Shown: in pieces, positions 1 through 8,379 of the stretch
Layout of the letters: the number at the start of each line of letters is the position of its first letter
Numbering within the stretch: position 1 is the first letter of the stretch
Virus record (IMG/VR): IMGVR_UViG_2513237141_000002
Span: 5,308 to 69,307 of that record
Direction: 5' to 3' (one strand)
DNA from: a virus
Taxonomy: Duplodnaviria > Caudoviricetes
Length of the DNA stretch: 64,000 bases
Program-made: the position numbers and the translations under genes
Notes under the pieces: generated by a model
Told to the model about the DNA's origin: nothing
The model's database searches: none
What the model saw: the letters and a program-made list of their open reading frames with translations, nothing else

Positions 1-813
1 GAGCGCCGCCGTGCATCTCTCGACCCGATCGGTGGCCTGGGCGAGCTTCTGTTCGGTCTCGGCGAGCTGGGCGCGGAGTTGCTTCACGCGCTCCAAGGCG
101 CGCTCTTGGGGATCGCAGGGCAGTCCATTGCCTTGGCACTTGCCATTGAAGTCTGCACAGTCGCGGCAGCGTGGCTCGGGACCGCCGGCAATGGCTTCCC
201 ACAGTTTTAACTTGTCCTGATGCGCAGCGCGAAGCTTGCCGGCTAGGTCGTCCGTCTCAGGCTGCGACCGACCGCGAAGCCGCACTTCGAATTTATCGAG
301 AATGGCGCGGGAGACATCCTCTTCGTCGCTGACAACAAACTCGTGCCCGTTGTCATAGAACCAATCGGCAAGTTCTTCGACGCCGACACTCCCTGCCGGC
401 CCCTGCGCCGCACTGGCTGCGGGGTGGGGCTGAGCAGCGCCGGCGTTGTATCCGTTGGCCCATGCGGAAGCTTCATCCGGCCCGTACCAAACGGGCGCGT
501 CTGATGCCTCCATTTCCGTCGCTGCCGGAGCACTGGCTGCGGGTTCGTGGGCATAGGGGCACATGCCGTCATGCCCGCTGAGATCGCCACCGCCGCACGA
601 GCAATCATCTTCGGGCTCAGCAGCATTTGCTGCCGGCAACCGACGATGTGCAACGGCCTTCAAAGCCGAGTTGGCCAATCCAAATGCGGCAACCGGGTTA
701 TTCCCGAACTTGCTGTGATAAAACGGATTGTCCATGATCGCGTTCTGCGCCGCTGCGACATCGGCGGGGCTCCATCCTTGGGCAGAAACGCCACTCAACG
801 TTTCGTCAGACAT
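1..813 (-). CDS. hypothetical protein, runs off the left window edge
   Basis: Manually translated open frame from ATG at 813 (MSDETLSGVSAQGWSPADVAAAQNAIMDNPFY...) with no stop before position 1; start overlaps the stop of the upstream ORF; contains a CxxC-x5-C cluster. Confidence 0.7.
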   Translation of the reverse strand, partial: MSDETLSGVSAQGWSPADVAAAQNAIMDNPFYHSKFGNNPVAAFGLANSALKAVAHRRLPAANAAEPEDDCSCGGGDLSGHDGMCPYAHEPAASAPAATEMEASDAPVWYGPDEASAWANGYNAGAAQPHPAASAAQGPAGSVGVEELADWFYDNGHEFVVSDEEDVSRAILDKFEVRLRGRSQPETDDLAGKLRAAHQDKLKLWEAIAGGPEPRCRDCADFNGKCQGNGLPCDPQERALERVKQLRAQLAETEQKLAQATDRVERCTAAL

Positions 814-1048
814 TCTCAGCCTCCAGCAGCATGTCAGTGAAAATCGAGATATCGGCCTTGTGTTCGACAGCCGGCTGGAACAACTGGCTGAGAAAACAGC
901 AACAGCCTGCGCTCGGCGCAATCTCAGCGAGCAGGTACCCGGTCCACGTGCGCTCGTGCATGACCGAGGTGACCGTGTAGGTATTGCCGACGATCAGGCC
1001 GGGATGGGACGAAAGGCCTCTCGTGACGCAGACTACAGGGAATGTCAC
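806..1048 (-). CDS. hypothetical protein
   Basis: 80 aa ORF coupled by start/stop overlaps in the leftward operon. Confidence 0.65.
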   Translation of the reverse strand: MTFPVVCVTRGLSSHPGLIVGNTYTVTSVMHERTWTGYLLAEIAPSAGCCCFLSQLFQPAVEHKADISIFTDMLLEAENV

Positions 1049-1155
1049 TTCAACCTCCCGATGATCGGCGGGTTGCCGTACTCGTCTCTGCCGAGACGAA
1101 GAAAGTTGATGTAGAGGAGGCCAGCGAGGAGGATGGCGACCGCAAGGAAGATCAT
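1045..1155 (-). CDS. small membrane peptide
   Basis: Manual translation MIFLAVAILLAGLLYINFLRLGRDEYGNPPIIGRLK; fills the gap with 4-nt overlaps at both ends. Confidence 0.6.
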   Translation of the reverse strand: MIFLAVAILLAGLLYINFLRLGRDEYGNPPIIGRLK

Positions 1156-1529
1156 GTGCGCCGCTCCACCGTGCCGTTCATACGCTTACGTATGCCGCTC
1201 GCGCGTGAGCCGGGCATTGGTCTGCCCTTCTTCGGTTTGATGCCGAGATGGGCCGCGCGCTTGCGATAAACTCGCGATTTTTCGGCAACGTCTTGCGCGG
1301 TCTTCAACCGATGTGGTGCCTTCAGTGCGGGGGCAAGGTTAGACTCACGATGCTCCCCGCCGTTGATAAGAGAAACAACGTGATCCAGGTCCCACGTCTC
1401 ACCTGCTCGTATTGTTCGCCCCGAGATATGGCAAATGCCGTTATGGCGCTCAAAAATGCGAAGTCTAACGCGAGGAGGTACTTGAGAATCATGAGTCTTG
1501 CCGATCCATTCCTTGATTGATCTCGTCAT
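1152..1529 (-). CDS. HNH endonuclease
   Basis: WDLDHVVSLINGGEHRESNLAPALKAPH, an HNH motif; lies next to ninB. Confidence 0.85.
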   Translation of the reverse strand: MTRSIKEWIGKTHDSQVPPRVRLRIFERHNGICHISGRTIRAGETWDLDHVVSLINGGEHRESNLAPALKAPHRLKTAQDVAEKSRVYRKRAAHLGIKPKKGRPMPGSRASGIRKRMNGTVERRT

Positions 1530-2278
1530 GCTGCCGTCTCCACGACCGGAAGCGGCATTTCTAGAAGCTCAACTTTCCTCTGCATGAAATGCTCTGGGAG
1601 CAGCTGGCCCTCGTTGCGGCGCTTGACTGCGGTGAAGGCCAGCCGCATCCACATCAGTTCTCGCTCGCTCGGTTCGCCACCGAGCATCTGGAGTGCCAGT
1701 CCGTGTTTGGCCAAGAGGGACTCCTTCCTGTCGTCTGGGCGGGTGAGGGCGGCGAAATACGTGTGCCGCCAGTCGTCGGAGAGCAGCGACGCTTCAATGA
1801 AGTTGGTGCCCGGAGGGTCAGCACTCTGGGGAGGAGACAGGGCCCCTCCGGGCACCTTCGTCCGATCGCCGTTTGCCGGGGATGCGTCGGACGAGTCTGA
1901 ATCTTTGAAGATAACCCCATGGTTCGCGCCAAAGGCGGCCATGAGTTCCATGCAGTCGGACATCTCGGAGACCGACAAGTCAGATGAGGACTGGCTGAGA
2001 TTAACAAAGCCGTTGCCGTCGATGTTCGGCACAATGCGGACTTCGCGCTTGAGCGCATCCAAGAAAATCAATTTCCAGTCTTCATCCGTCAGCTTGATGC
2101 CGTGCCAAGGCAATTGCTCAGCGATATCCCCCAACATGGCCCAGAAGCGATCGTTCTGGGCGCCGGTCCTGCGTTCGGGCTTGACTTCGACGCGCATCCC
2201 GACCGCCAGCGTCTTGGCCAGCTCAGCCACGCGCTCTCTATCGGACGGGCCACGTATGGTGATGCCGATGCGGTTCAA
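1526..2278 (-). CDS. ninB: NinB/Orf-family recombination protein with ~130 aa C-terminal extension
   Basis: RRTGAQNDRFWAMLGDIAEQL...WKLIF...SSSDLSVSEMSDCMELMAAFGANHGVIF is a typical NinB signature. Confidence 0.8.
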   Translation of the reverse strand: MNRIGITIRGPSDRERVAELAKTLAVGMRVEVKPERRTGAQNDRFWAMLGDIAEQLPWHGIKLTDEDWKLIFLDALKREVRIVPNIDGNGFVNLSQSSSDLSVSEMSDCMELMAAFGANHGVIFKDSDSSDASPANGDRTKVPGGALSPPQSADPPGTNFIEASLLSDDWRHTYFAALTRPDDRKESLLAKHGLALQMLGGEPSERELMWMRLAFTAVKRRNEGQLLPEHFMQRKVELLEMPLPVVETAA

Positions 2279-2553
2279 TGCACCACCTCTGCATAAAGCT
2301 CGCCCGCCCCGGTGCGATAGGCCTCGGTTAACTCCTCAAACAGAAGCGCAATATTGTGGTAGTTGATTTCGAGTGACGTGTTGTCGGACTCCGGGTCCCA
2401 TCCAGTCATGGCGTGGAATGCCGCCATGGCCCCAGCCATATAGAGCCCTCGCGCCAGATCGAGTTGCTCGTCTGAGATTCTGTCCTTGTCACTTTGGCGC
2501 TCGATCTCGGCCCAGTGGTCTGCGATCAGCTTGTCGCTCATGATCTCCCCCAC
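2275..2553 (-). CDS. hypothetical protein
   Basis: ORF in coupled leftward operon. Confidence 0.65.
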   Translation of the reverse strand: MGEIMSDKLIADHWAEIERQSDKDRISDEQLDLARGLYMAGAMAAFHAMTGWDPESDNTSLEINYHNIALLFEELTEAYRTGAGELYAEVVH

Positions 2554-2786
2554 TCATTAACTCTTGCATCGACGAACCGGCGCAGGGACTCGGTAAACCC
2601 CTTGATCGATCGGTCTATGTCGACACCTTCGTGCTTCCAACCATTGTAAATGATCGTTGCCAGAACTTGCTCAAGTGACACGATGCCTATCGTTGGATTG
2701 ATGTTCTCTGCATGTAAAAACTCCAAAATGGTGCCATGGATGCGCTGTACCAATTCGTCGTCTTGCTCAGTGAACTGATGGCTCAT
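2538..2786 (-). CDS. hypothetical protein
   Basis: ORF in coupled leftward operon. Confidence 0.65.
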   Translation of the reverse strand: MSHQFTEQDDELVQRIHGTILEFLHAENINPTIGIVSLEQVLATIIYNGWKHEGVDIDRSIKGFTESLRRFVDARVNEWGRS

Positions 2787-3469
2787 GATGCTTTGTCCAC
2801 CAGGTCGGCGGATGCCTTGAGGTTCTTGAGCAGGGGCGAGCGGCGCTCGATGTAGAGCGTGCGAAGATCGGCGACCTTGGCGTCCAGTTCCTTCAGGAAC
2901 TCCTTCACCATTAGTTCAAGCTCAGTGATCCGCTTGTCGTCGCGCTCGACGCGGGACACAAACAGGGTCATCGCCTCCGGGAAGCTTGGATTGTAGAAGG
3001 CCAAGTCGCACCAATCTCTGCCGGTACAGGCCATCTGCCATGTGGCCTGGGTGACGTATTTCGCTGGGACGGCGCGATCGAGCAACACTTCGAGATGGGC
3101 AGCCGCCTGGCAACACTTGATCTCGACTAGCCCATCACCCCCCACGAGTCCGTCTGGGCTCGAATGCGTCCCCACAATGGTTGGGTGCTTGATAATGCCG
3201 ACCTGTTCGACGCTCACATCCCGATAGAACTCATATGCGCAGCGTGCCTCTGGCTCGGTGTCGGTGCCGTGTTGCATCGCCGCCGTGATGAATTTCTCGG
3301 TCGGGGCGCCGGTCAATCGCTCGCACGCTAATTCAGCCAGCAGGTTCGCTCGCGAAGCGCCAAAGCCCGTTTTGGTCTTGGCGATGGCGTCAGCCACACG
3401 CGATGCGCCCAGGGAGCCGCAACGGGCAAGGCGCCACTCCTCGCTGCCCTGGATCAATTCTTCTGTCAC
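2783..3469 (-). CDS. YqaJ/lambda-exonuclease family 5'-3' exonuclease
   Basis: QGSEEWRLARCGSLGAS, AMQHGTDTEPEAR, SPDGLVGGDGLVEIKC, YVTQATWQM motifs. Confidence 0.92.
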   Translation of the reverse strand: MTEELIQGSEEWRLARCGSLGASRVADAIAKTKTGFGASRANLLAELACERLTGAPTEKFITAAMQHGTDTEPEARCAYEFYRDVSVEQVGIIKHPTIVGTHSSPDGLVGGDGLVEIKCCQAAAHLEVLLDRAVPAKYVTQATWQMACTGRDWCDLAFYNPSFPEAMTLFVSRVERDDKRITELELMVKEFLKELDAKVADLRTLYIERRSPLLKNLKASADLVDKAS

Positions 3470-4062
3470 AGCGGACTCCTTTTGGCCTCCAGCGCGGCCT
3501 TGGCGCTTTCAAATTTTCCCGCAGGCAAGTCACCCAAAAATTCGACCTTGAGGTATTTGCAAAACTTCGGAATGTCTGCGCCAACCTCGCCGGCCAAATT
3601 CTGCAGTTCCGCTATCTGCTGGGCTGTAATGAAGATGCCGTTTCCGTTCGGTGCCTTGCCATTGCCCTTGTGGGCGTCCTGCGCCGCATTGCCGTCATCG
3701 TCCTCGTCGGAGGAGTTGCAGATCAGCGCGGCGAGCGAGTATCTGCGGGCATAGGTGATTGCCGAGCCCATTTCGTGCGGCTTGGTGGTGTGGGGCAGGG
3801 GATAGTCGGTCGAGATAAACTGACCGCTGGCATGCATCAGAGTCGTTCTCATGGTCATGCCGTGCTCGGTGGGCTGCATGATCTGCACCACGGCTAGGCC
3901 GTTGGCCGAGAGCGGCGCGCGGATGGCGTCAAGGACTGATGAGAGGTCCGCATACTTCGATCGGAAGTGCGGGTTCGTCCGGTTCATGACCGCGTTCTGC
4001 ATGGCTCCCTGTGCCTTGGCGAGCGCCGTTGCCAGTTCGTTGATCTGATCGCTTTGGGTCAT
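3466..4062 (-). CDS. erf: ERF-family single-strand annealing protein
   Basis: LATALAKAQ...NPHFRSKYADLSSV...GSAITYARRYSLAA...DDDGN signature; adjacent to the exonuclease. Confidence 0.92.
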   Translation of the reverse strand: MTQSDQINELATALAKAQGAMQNAVMNRTNPHFRSKYADLSSVLDAIRAPLSANGLAVVQIMQPTEHGMTMRTTLMHASGQFISTDYPLPHTTKPHEMGSAITYARRYSLAALICNSSDEDDDGNAAQDAHKGNGKAPNGNGIFITAQQIAELQNLAGEVGADIPKFCKYLKVEFLGDLPAGKFESAKAALEAKRSPL

Positions 4063-4502
4063 CGCTGGAACTCCTCTATAGTCTCACGCATGCACTCGTT
4101 GATGGCGTGGCGCAGGCCCTCGTTGAGATGGTTGGTCTGGTGCGTAATCTCGACCAGGCTGGCGTAGGCCTCGCGGATGCCTGCAAAATTCTCGTTCTCA
4201 ACCGCAATCTTGAAACTCCGGACCGCGTCGGCGAAGCGATCGACCAATGCCCGATATTCAGGGCCGGACCATCTGACCTTTCTGATCGCGTACAATTCGT
4301 CCTGCCTGCGCTTGTCGATGGTTCCTTGCGGGCCGGTCGCTACCCCGGCGATGTGTTCCTCGGGGTGCTTCCCTCGCGGGCCTGCAGAGCCGAGTGGCCC
4401 ACCTTCCTGGCCGTCTGCGCCTGTTTTTGGAGTGGCGCTCCCTCGCATTGCGTGTCTTCGATTTTCCACGCCGCCGCAAGAACTCTGAAATGCTTTGCTC
4501 AT
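4059..4502 (-). CDS. hypothetical protein
   Basis: ORF with 4-nt overlaps to both neighbours. Confidence 0.6.
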   Translation of the reverse strand: MSKAFQSSCGGVENRRHAMRGSATPKTGADGQEGGPLGSAGPRGKHPEEHIAGVATGPQGTIDKRRQDELYAIRKVRWSGPEYRALVDRFADAVRSFKIAVENENFAGIREAYASLVEITHQTNHLNEGLRHAINECMRETIEEFQR

Positions 4503-4681
4503 GATCGCTTCACTTCAGGATCATGATCTCCGACCCTCACGAACGCGCCAGCGGGTATCCGCCCGACCTTGTAGATGGCGAGGGCCGTGTTGGGATGAGT
4601 CGAACGAAGGCGGTTCAACTCCTCTGATGCATCGTCGAAGGTCAGATGCTGCTTCGGTCTGTGGCCGAGGATGATATACAT
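4499..4681 (-). CDS. hypothetical protein
   Basis: MYIILGHRPKQHLTFDDASEELNRLR...; ATG at 4681 preceded by GAGG located inside the HNH gene. Confidence 0.55.
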   Translation of the reverse strand: MYIILGHRPKQHLTFDDASEELNRLRSTHPNTALAIYKVGRIPAGAFVRVGDHDPEVKRS

Positions 4682-5094
4682 TGGCGATGGACCCTCTGGT
4701 TGATCGCTTCGCAAGCTCTGCAAATGCGGCGTGTTCTGAGTTTTTTGTCGGTATAGATTCGCGTGTTTTCTACAGTGAACTCGTGACCATGTTTGCAGTG
4801 AGTTTTAACTCGATAAAAACGGCGGCTATTCTCCGCTATGGTCACCGGCTCTAAATGACGAGGATTGACGCAGGCCTTGTTGAAGCAAAGATGATCAATA
4901 ACTAGCCCGGCGGGTATCGGGCCAAGAAGTAGCTCATAAGACGCTCGGTGAGCCCTCTCTTTGATGCGCTCGCGACTGAAGATACCGTAACCATCCCGAT
5001 CAAGTTGGCCGCGCCAATTCCAGCACGCATCGTCGTTAGGCGCGTCGCACAGAGACAAGAGCCTCGCCACCGCGCTGCGTTGTCGTCTTCTCAA
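4642..5094 (-). CDS. HNH homing endonuclease (HNH_3 type) with C-terminal Zn ribbon
   Basis: CWNWRGQLDRDGYG, RAHRASYELLLGPIPAGLVIDHLCFNKACVNPRHLEPVT, KTHCKHGH...CRAC. Confidence 0.92.
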   Translation of the reverse strand: MRRRQRSAVARLLSLCDAPNDDACWNWRGQLDRDGYGIFSRERIKERAHRASYELLLGPIPAGLVIDHLCFNKACVNPRHLEPVTIAENSRRFYRVKTHCKHGHEFTVENTRIYTDKKLRTRRICRACEAINQRVHRQCISSSATDRSSI

Positions 5095-5381
5095 GGGATC
5101 ACCATGTCATCGAGAGCGATGTCGATGAGGTCGAGAGTCTCGGCCGGGAATTGGTCGGCGATGCATGGGCCGTGTCCCCAGGGCCCTGCTTCATGGATAA
5201 TGCGCCGGACTTCGCGAAGCGTGCTCTCTAGCTCGTCATTCCGCTGATACGCAGCCGCCAGCTCCGGATTGTCCGCCTCCCGAATGAGGCAGATCGCCTC
5301 GCAAACCGAGATCGGGCTTACCTGTGTCAGCGGTGACTCGCGGCAGGACTGAACGAGTGTGATCAAATCTTTCATGGGCAA
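5091..5381 (-). CDS. hypothetical protein
   Basis: ORF in leftward operon. Confidence 0.6.
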   Translation of the reverse strand: MPMKDLITLVQSCRESPLTQVSPISVCEAICLIREADNPELAAAYQRNDELESTLREVRRIIHEAGPWGHGPCIADQFPAETLDLIDIALDDMVIP

Positions 5382-5386
5382 TCCTC

Positions 5387-5710
5387 CTATAAATTTTCTT
5401 CGATCCAGTCGGCGATTTCTGGGAATGTCAGAAATCGCTGATCATTCATCTTCCAGCACGTGGACTCAGCGATCGGGCTCAGCTCAATCTCAACGGAAAG
5501 TTGTTCGGGCAACGTCCCTTGAGTTCGGTCACCGTTGTAGACGAAGCTGTCGCCAAGGCGATCTCGGGTCTCAAACTCGCCGCGTCCGGCAATGTCACAC
5601 AGAACACCGAGGCAGCAATATCTGTCCCCGTCCTTAAGTTGCCCTCGCGCCTGCTGATACTTTCCACTCCGCAGCGCCTTCACCCACTTCGCTTTCAACT
5701 CAGCGTCCAC
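5387..5710 (-). CDS. conserved phage hypothetical protein
   Basis: KWVKALRSGKYQQARGQL...CCLGVLCD...TFPEIADWIEEN pattern, which I recognise as recurrent in phages. Confidence 0.8.
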   Translation of the reverse strand: MDAELKAKWVKALRSGKYQQARGQLKDGDRYCCLGVLCDIAGRGEFETRDRLGDSFVYNGDRTQGTLPEQLSVEIELSPIAESTCWKMNDQRFLTFPEIADWIEENL

Positions 5711-5726
5711 GGCAATCCTCCTCTTG

Positions 5727-5930
5727 TTAAATATTCAACTCAATCGTGACGCTGACCGGTTTGCGGTTGATCAGACAGGTGGAGCAGAGACGGATCTCCG
5801 ACTGCTGCTTGCATTCGAGGCTTCGCTGCTCGCGCGGCGACGCCATCAACACCTGCGCGTTACAACCATGGCAGCGAAAATTATCGTCACTGTCCTGAGC
5901 GGCGGTCTGGGGCCAGATGAAGCCGTACAT
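5727..5930 (-). CDS. small Zn-finger-like hypothetical protein
   Basis: CHGC...CSTC pairs; fills the gap in the operon. Confidence 0.5.
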   Translation of the reverse strand: MYGFIWPQTAAQDSDDNFRCHGCNAQVLMASPREQRSLECKQQSEIRLCSTCLINRKPVSVTIELNI

Positions 5931-6109
5931 CAGGCGTCCCTATCCATGTCGCGGATCACTAGTTGAGAGCAGATAACCGACCCGCCCATCGCCATGGCCA
6001 TGCCGCTTACTAGCCACACCACCGGCAATTCGCTCCTTAGTGCAGCGACGGCCGCGACAAGTATCGCTATTGAGGCCGCTATAATTTGTAGAGTGGTCAT
6101 TCTCATCAT
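5930..6109 (-). CDS. small two-TM membrane protein
   Basis: Manual translation MMRMTTLQIIAASIAILVAAVAALRSELPVVWLVSGMAMAMGGSVICSQLVIRDMDRDA. Confidence 0.55.
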   Translation of the reverse strand: MMRMTTLQIIAASIAILVAAVAALRSELPVVWLVSGMAMAMGGSVICSQLVIRDMDRDA

Positions 6110-6121
6110 GCAGCCTCCCGA

Positions 6122-6685
6122 TCAACACGAACACGAGAAGATGCCAGTCACGCCATAACCGGAATCTGCTCTCTTGCCCGTGATGTTGAAGAAGTGGTCC
6201 CAGAACTCCTTTGGTGTTGTCTGGCCTTCCCACTTGCCGCCCTCGTTCAGATACTCGCCGTATTTGGTTGGATCGCAGTGAGTGGCTGCGACCCTCATCA
6301 TCTCCTCATAGTCGGCGTCAACTTCGTCGGCGAAATCTCGCAACCATGCTTCGGACATGGCCTTCGGGTCGGGCACCGATGATGATGCGGGGAACGCCGG
6401 ATGCGTCCATAGATGCTTCAGACTGGTGATCGTGTTCGGGTAGAGGAACAGCCAGAACTGCTGGTCTGGGTAGACCGGCTCTCGGAGGAATGGGTCAACA
6501 ATGCCGATTGGGACGATGCCAAGCGCAGTTGATATCGCTACCCCTCCGTCAATGCCAACGTGCTGACCGGCGTGCAGTTTGCTGCCAGCGATGACCGGGG
6601 CGACCGCAATATGGATTGCGTCGCGCTCATGCTCGCCGTTGTCGAGGATGTGGCCGATCGTGTGCTGTGTGTCTTCCTTGCTCAT
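6122..6685 (-). CDS. conserved phage hypothetical protein
   Basis: RDAIHIAVAPV...GIVDPFL...FWLFLYPNTITSLKHLWTHPAF...FSCSC; start set at ATG 6685. Confidence 0.8.
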   Translation of the reverse strand: MSKEDTQHTIGHILDNGEHERDAIHIAVAPVIAGSKLHAGQHVGIDGGVAISTALGIVPIGIVDPFLREPVYPDQQFWLFLYPNTITSLKHLWTHPAFPASSSVPDPKAMSEAWLRDFADEVDADYEEMMRVAATHCDPTKYGEYLNEGGKWEGQTTPKEFWDHFFNITGKRADSGYGVTGIFSCSC

Positions 6686-7059
6686 CACGCCGCTTCCGCC
6701 GTTGCATCCAGCGCTTCCCAAAGCTCGCTTGTGGATTCTTGGATCTCACCGTCCCGCATGAAATCTTCAAACGTCCGCTCGTAGAGCTTCCGCGCTTCCG
6801 CCGTGGAGGCGTACCAGTCGCGATTAGCGGCCTCTCTGGCGCGGTCATAGACAGGGGCGGACAATCCCTGCAGGTCGTGCATTGCACGCACGTACGCGGC
6901 TGCCTGAAGCGCTGTGGCATGGTCGAAATACCAAGCGGCCTCGTTCTTGGCTGAGACCACCCGCGCGGCGTGTTCCTCATAGGACTCGTATTGCCGCCAA
7001 TGGTCACGGGAGATGTGGGCGATGCGGTCGTAATGGGCTTGGATGTCGAGATGTGTCAT
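6685..7059 (-). CDS. hypothetical protein
   Basis: Coupled ORF. Confidence 0.65.
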   Translation of the reverse strand: MTHLDIQAHYDRIAHISRDHWRQYESYEEHAARVVSAKNEAAWYFDHATALQAAAYVRAMHDLQGLSAPVYDRAREAANRDWYASTAEARKLYERTFEDFMRDGEIQESTSELWEALDATAEAA

Positions 7060-7271
7060 TCATCATCTCCCTCAATCTCTTCCACGACTGCCTTGTGGTA
7101 CGGCGCCGAGCAGACGTGCCCGCGCACGAGATGGCGGTAGGCTTCCCATTCTTGAATGTCGTTGAAATCGATGGCACCGAGAGCCTCATCGATTGCGTCG
7201 TTTTCGTCGGCGGCCTCAACTTCAACAATCGCGTATCCCGCAATTGGGACTGTGACGCTGTACCGGGTCAT
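7056..7271 (-). CDS. hypothetical protein
   Basis: MTRYSVTVPIAGYAIVEVEAADENDAIDEAL, acidic small phage protein. Confidence 0.7.
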   Translation of the reverse strand: MTRYSVTVPIAGYAIVEVEAADENDAIDEALGAIDFNDIQEWEAYRHLVRGHVCSAPYHKAVVEEIEGDDE

Positions 7272-7453
7272 GGCTGTTCCCAACAGAAAAGAAGCTTGAT
7301 CCACGCCTGCGCCGCAACCGTCAGGGGATCGTTTTCGACCACCAGGTCGAGTTTTGCCTTAGGCGCCGAACCATCAAGAATCTCGGCGATAGAGCGGGCG
7401 GCGCGACGGTGTTGCTGCGAGTGAACGAGGCGGAGTTGATGCCGGCGGGTCAT
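7268..7453 (-). CDS. hypothetical protein
   Basis: Coupled ORF with 4-nt overlaps. Confidence 0.55.
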   Translation of the reverse strand: MTRRHQLRLVHSQQHRRAARSIAEILDGSAPKAKLDLVVENDPLTVAAQAWIKLLFCWEQP

Positions 7454-7542
7454 GGCCGAACCTCTGCGTAACGCGCTTCCCAATACAGAAGCGGGGTGAG
7501 GACGAATGCGGCGGCGATGGTCAGGAGAAGGATCTGGGTCAT
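7450..7542 (-). CDS. small membrane peptide
   Basis: Manual translation MTQILLLTIAAAFVLTPLLYWEARYAEVRP. Confidence 0.5.
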   Translation of the reverse strand: MTQILLLTIAAAFVLTPLLYWEARYAEVRP

Positions 7543-7545
7543 GGC

Positions 7546-7740
7546 TCAGCCCTCCAAGCTCGCGCGCTGCGCCAGCAACGGCACCAGATACTCAGCCTCG
7601 ATCTGAATGACCGCGGCGAACTGCTCGGCGCTCTCAGCCTTCCAGAAGGCGCGGTTGAGCATGTCCCGGGCGGTCGCGATCTGCTCGTCCAGATCGTCAG
7701 GCGTCGGCATGAACGGGTTGGGTAGGGCTGTGGTGGTCAT
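7546..7740 (-). CDS. hypothetical protein, first gene downstream of PL
   Basis: ORF directly below the leftward promoter. Confidence 0.65.
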   Translation of the reverse strand: MTTTALPNPFMPTPDDLDEQIATARDMLNRAFWKAESAEQFAAVIQIEAEYLVPLLAQRASLEG

Positions 7741-7771
7741 CTGCGGTCCCCATGGACTGTGCTGATGACCG

Positions 7772-7802
7772 TATAGCTACGCCATGTAGCGATTGGTGTC
7801 AA
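7772..7802 (-). promoter_or_regulatory. leftward early promoter PL
   Basis: Minus strand: TTGACA (7802-7797), then about 17-19 nt to TAGCTATA (-10 region, 7779-7772). Confidence 0.8.
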
Positions 7803-7827
7803 TACGTAATGTAGCGATCAGTAGCGA
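7774..7827. promoter_or_regulatory. left operators
   Basis: TAGCTAC-gccat-GTAGCGA (7774-7792), TCAATAC-gtaat-GTAGCGA (7799-7817) and a half-site GTAGCGA (7821-7827). Confidence 0.75.
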
Positions 7828-8222
7828 TTTTTTTCAGAAAGTTGGTTCTCTTAGTTCCGGGCATAGCTCGGGCCTTTCTCCCTTGAGGATGGACCTCAAG
7901 CCCCGGTATGAGGGGAGCGGGGTGAGCCGCCGGATACTAGTTTGCCTCGCCCCGTAGGGCCTGCCACTTCGGCAGCTCCGTGCGCTTTTTTCGGCGCGCA
8001 CCGACATCGGCGGCATACCATCATGCCAATGTCGCTTTTGCCGTCCGGGGGGTGCCCGTTCCTCAATGGACCTGGTCGCAATGGCCACAGCGTTGCCAGG
8101 ATTTCTTCCGGGGTGGGGTCACGCCCTCGGCTCGCTTACGCCCCCGAATGCTGTCGGGTCAGGCGAGGGGGGGAAGAAACCGGCTCAGTCGGTATTTTGT
8201 ACCGGGCTGCACAAAAACACTA

Positions 8223-8250
8223 TTGCGACTACCATATCTTGTGTTATATA
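8223..8250 (+). promoter_or_regulatory. putative sigma70 promoter of a small RNA
   Basis: TTGCGA (8223-8228), N16, TATATA (8245-8250). Confidence 0.5.
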
Positions 8251-8254
8251 GGCC

Positions 8255-8333
8255 GCAACGGTCTGGGCTTTGTGCGTCAAGGTTTACCCAGACAGCCCGG
8301 ACGATTCTCGCGGAATCGGGCCGGGCCTTTTTC
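8255..8333 (+). ncRNA. candidate ~80-nt small RNA
   Basis: Promoter upstream; stem GTCTGGG/CCCAGAC (8261-8267/8287-8293); terminator stem GCCCGG..GATTC/GAATC..CCGGGC followed by T5; no ORF between promoter and terminator. Confidence 0.5.
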
Positions 8334-8352
8334 TATTAAGCCCAGCTACACG

Positions 8353-8371
8353 TTGCTACAAGGGGTAGTGA
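8353..8371. promoter_or_regulatory. operator-like site just downstream of the repressor gene
   Basis: TTGCTAC-aaggg-GTAGTGA matches the 19-bp operator consensus. Confidence 0.55.
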
Positions 8372-8379
8372 TTAAATTT

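Noticed and set aside
243-653. ORF-track 136-aa minus-strand ORF
   Set aside because: An alternative frame (ATG 813 running off the edge) gives a longer, coupled, protein-like product; this one is a shadow frame
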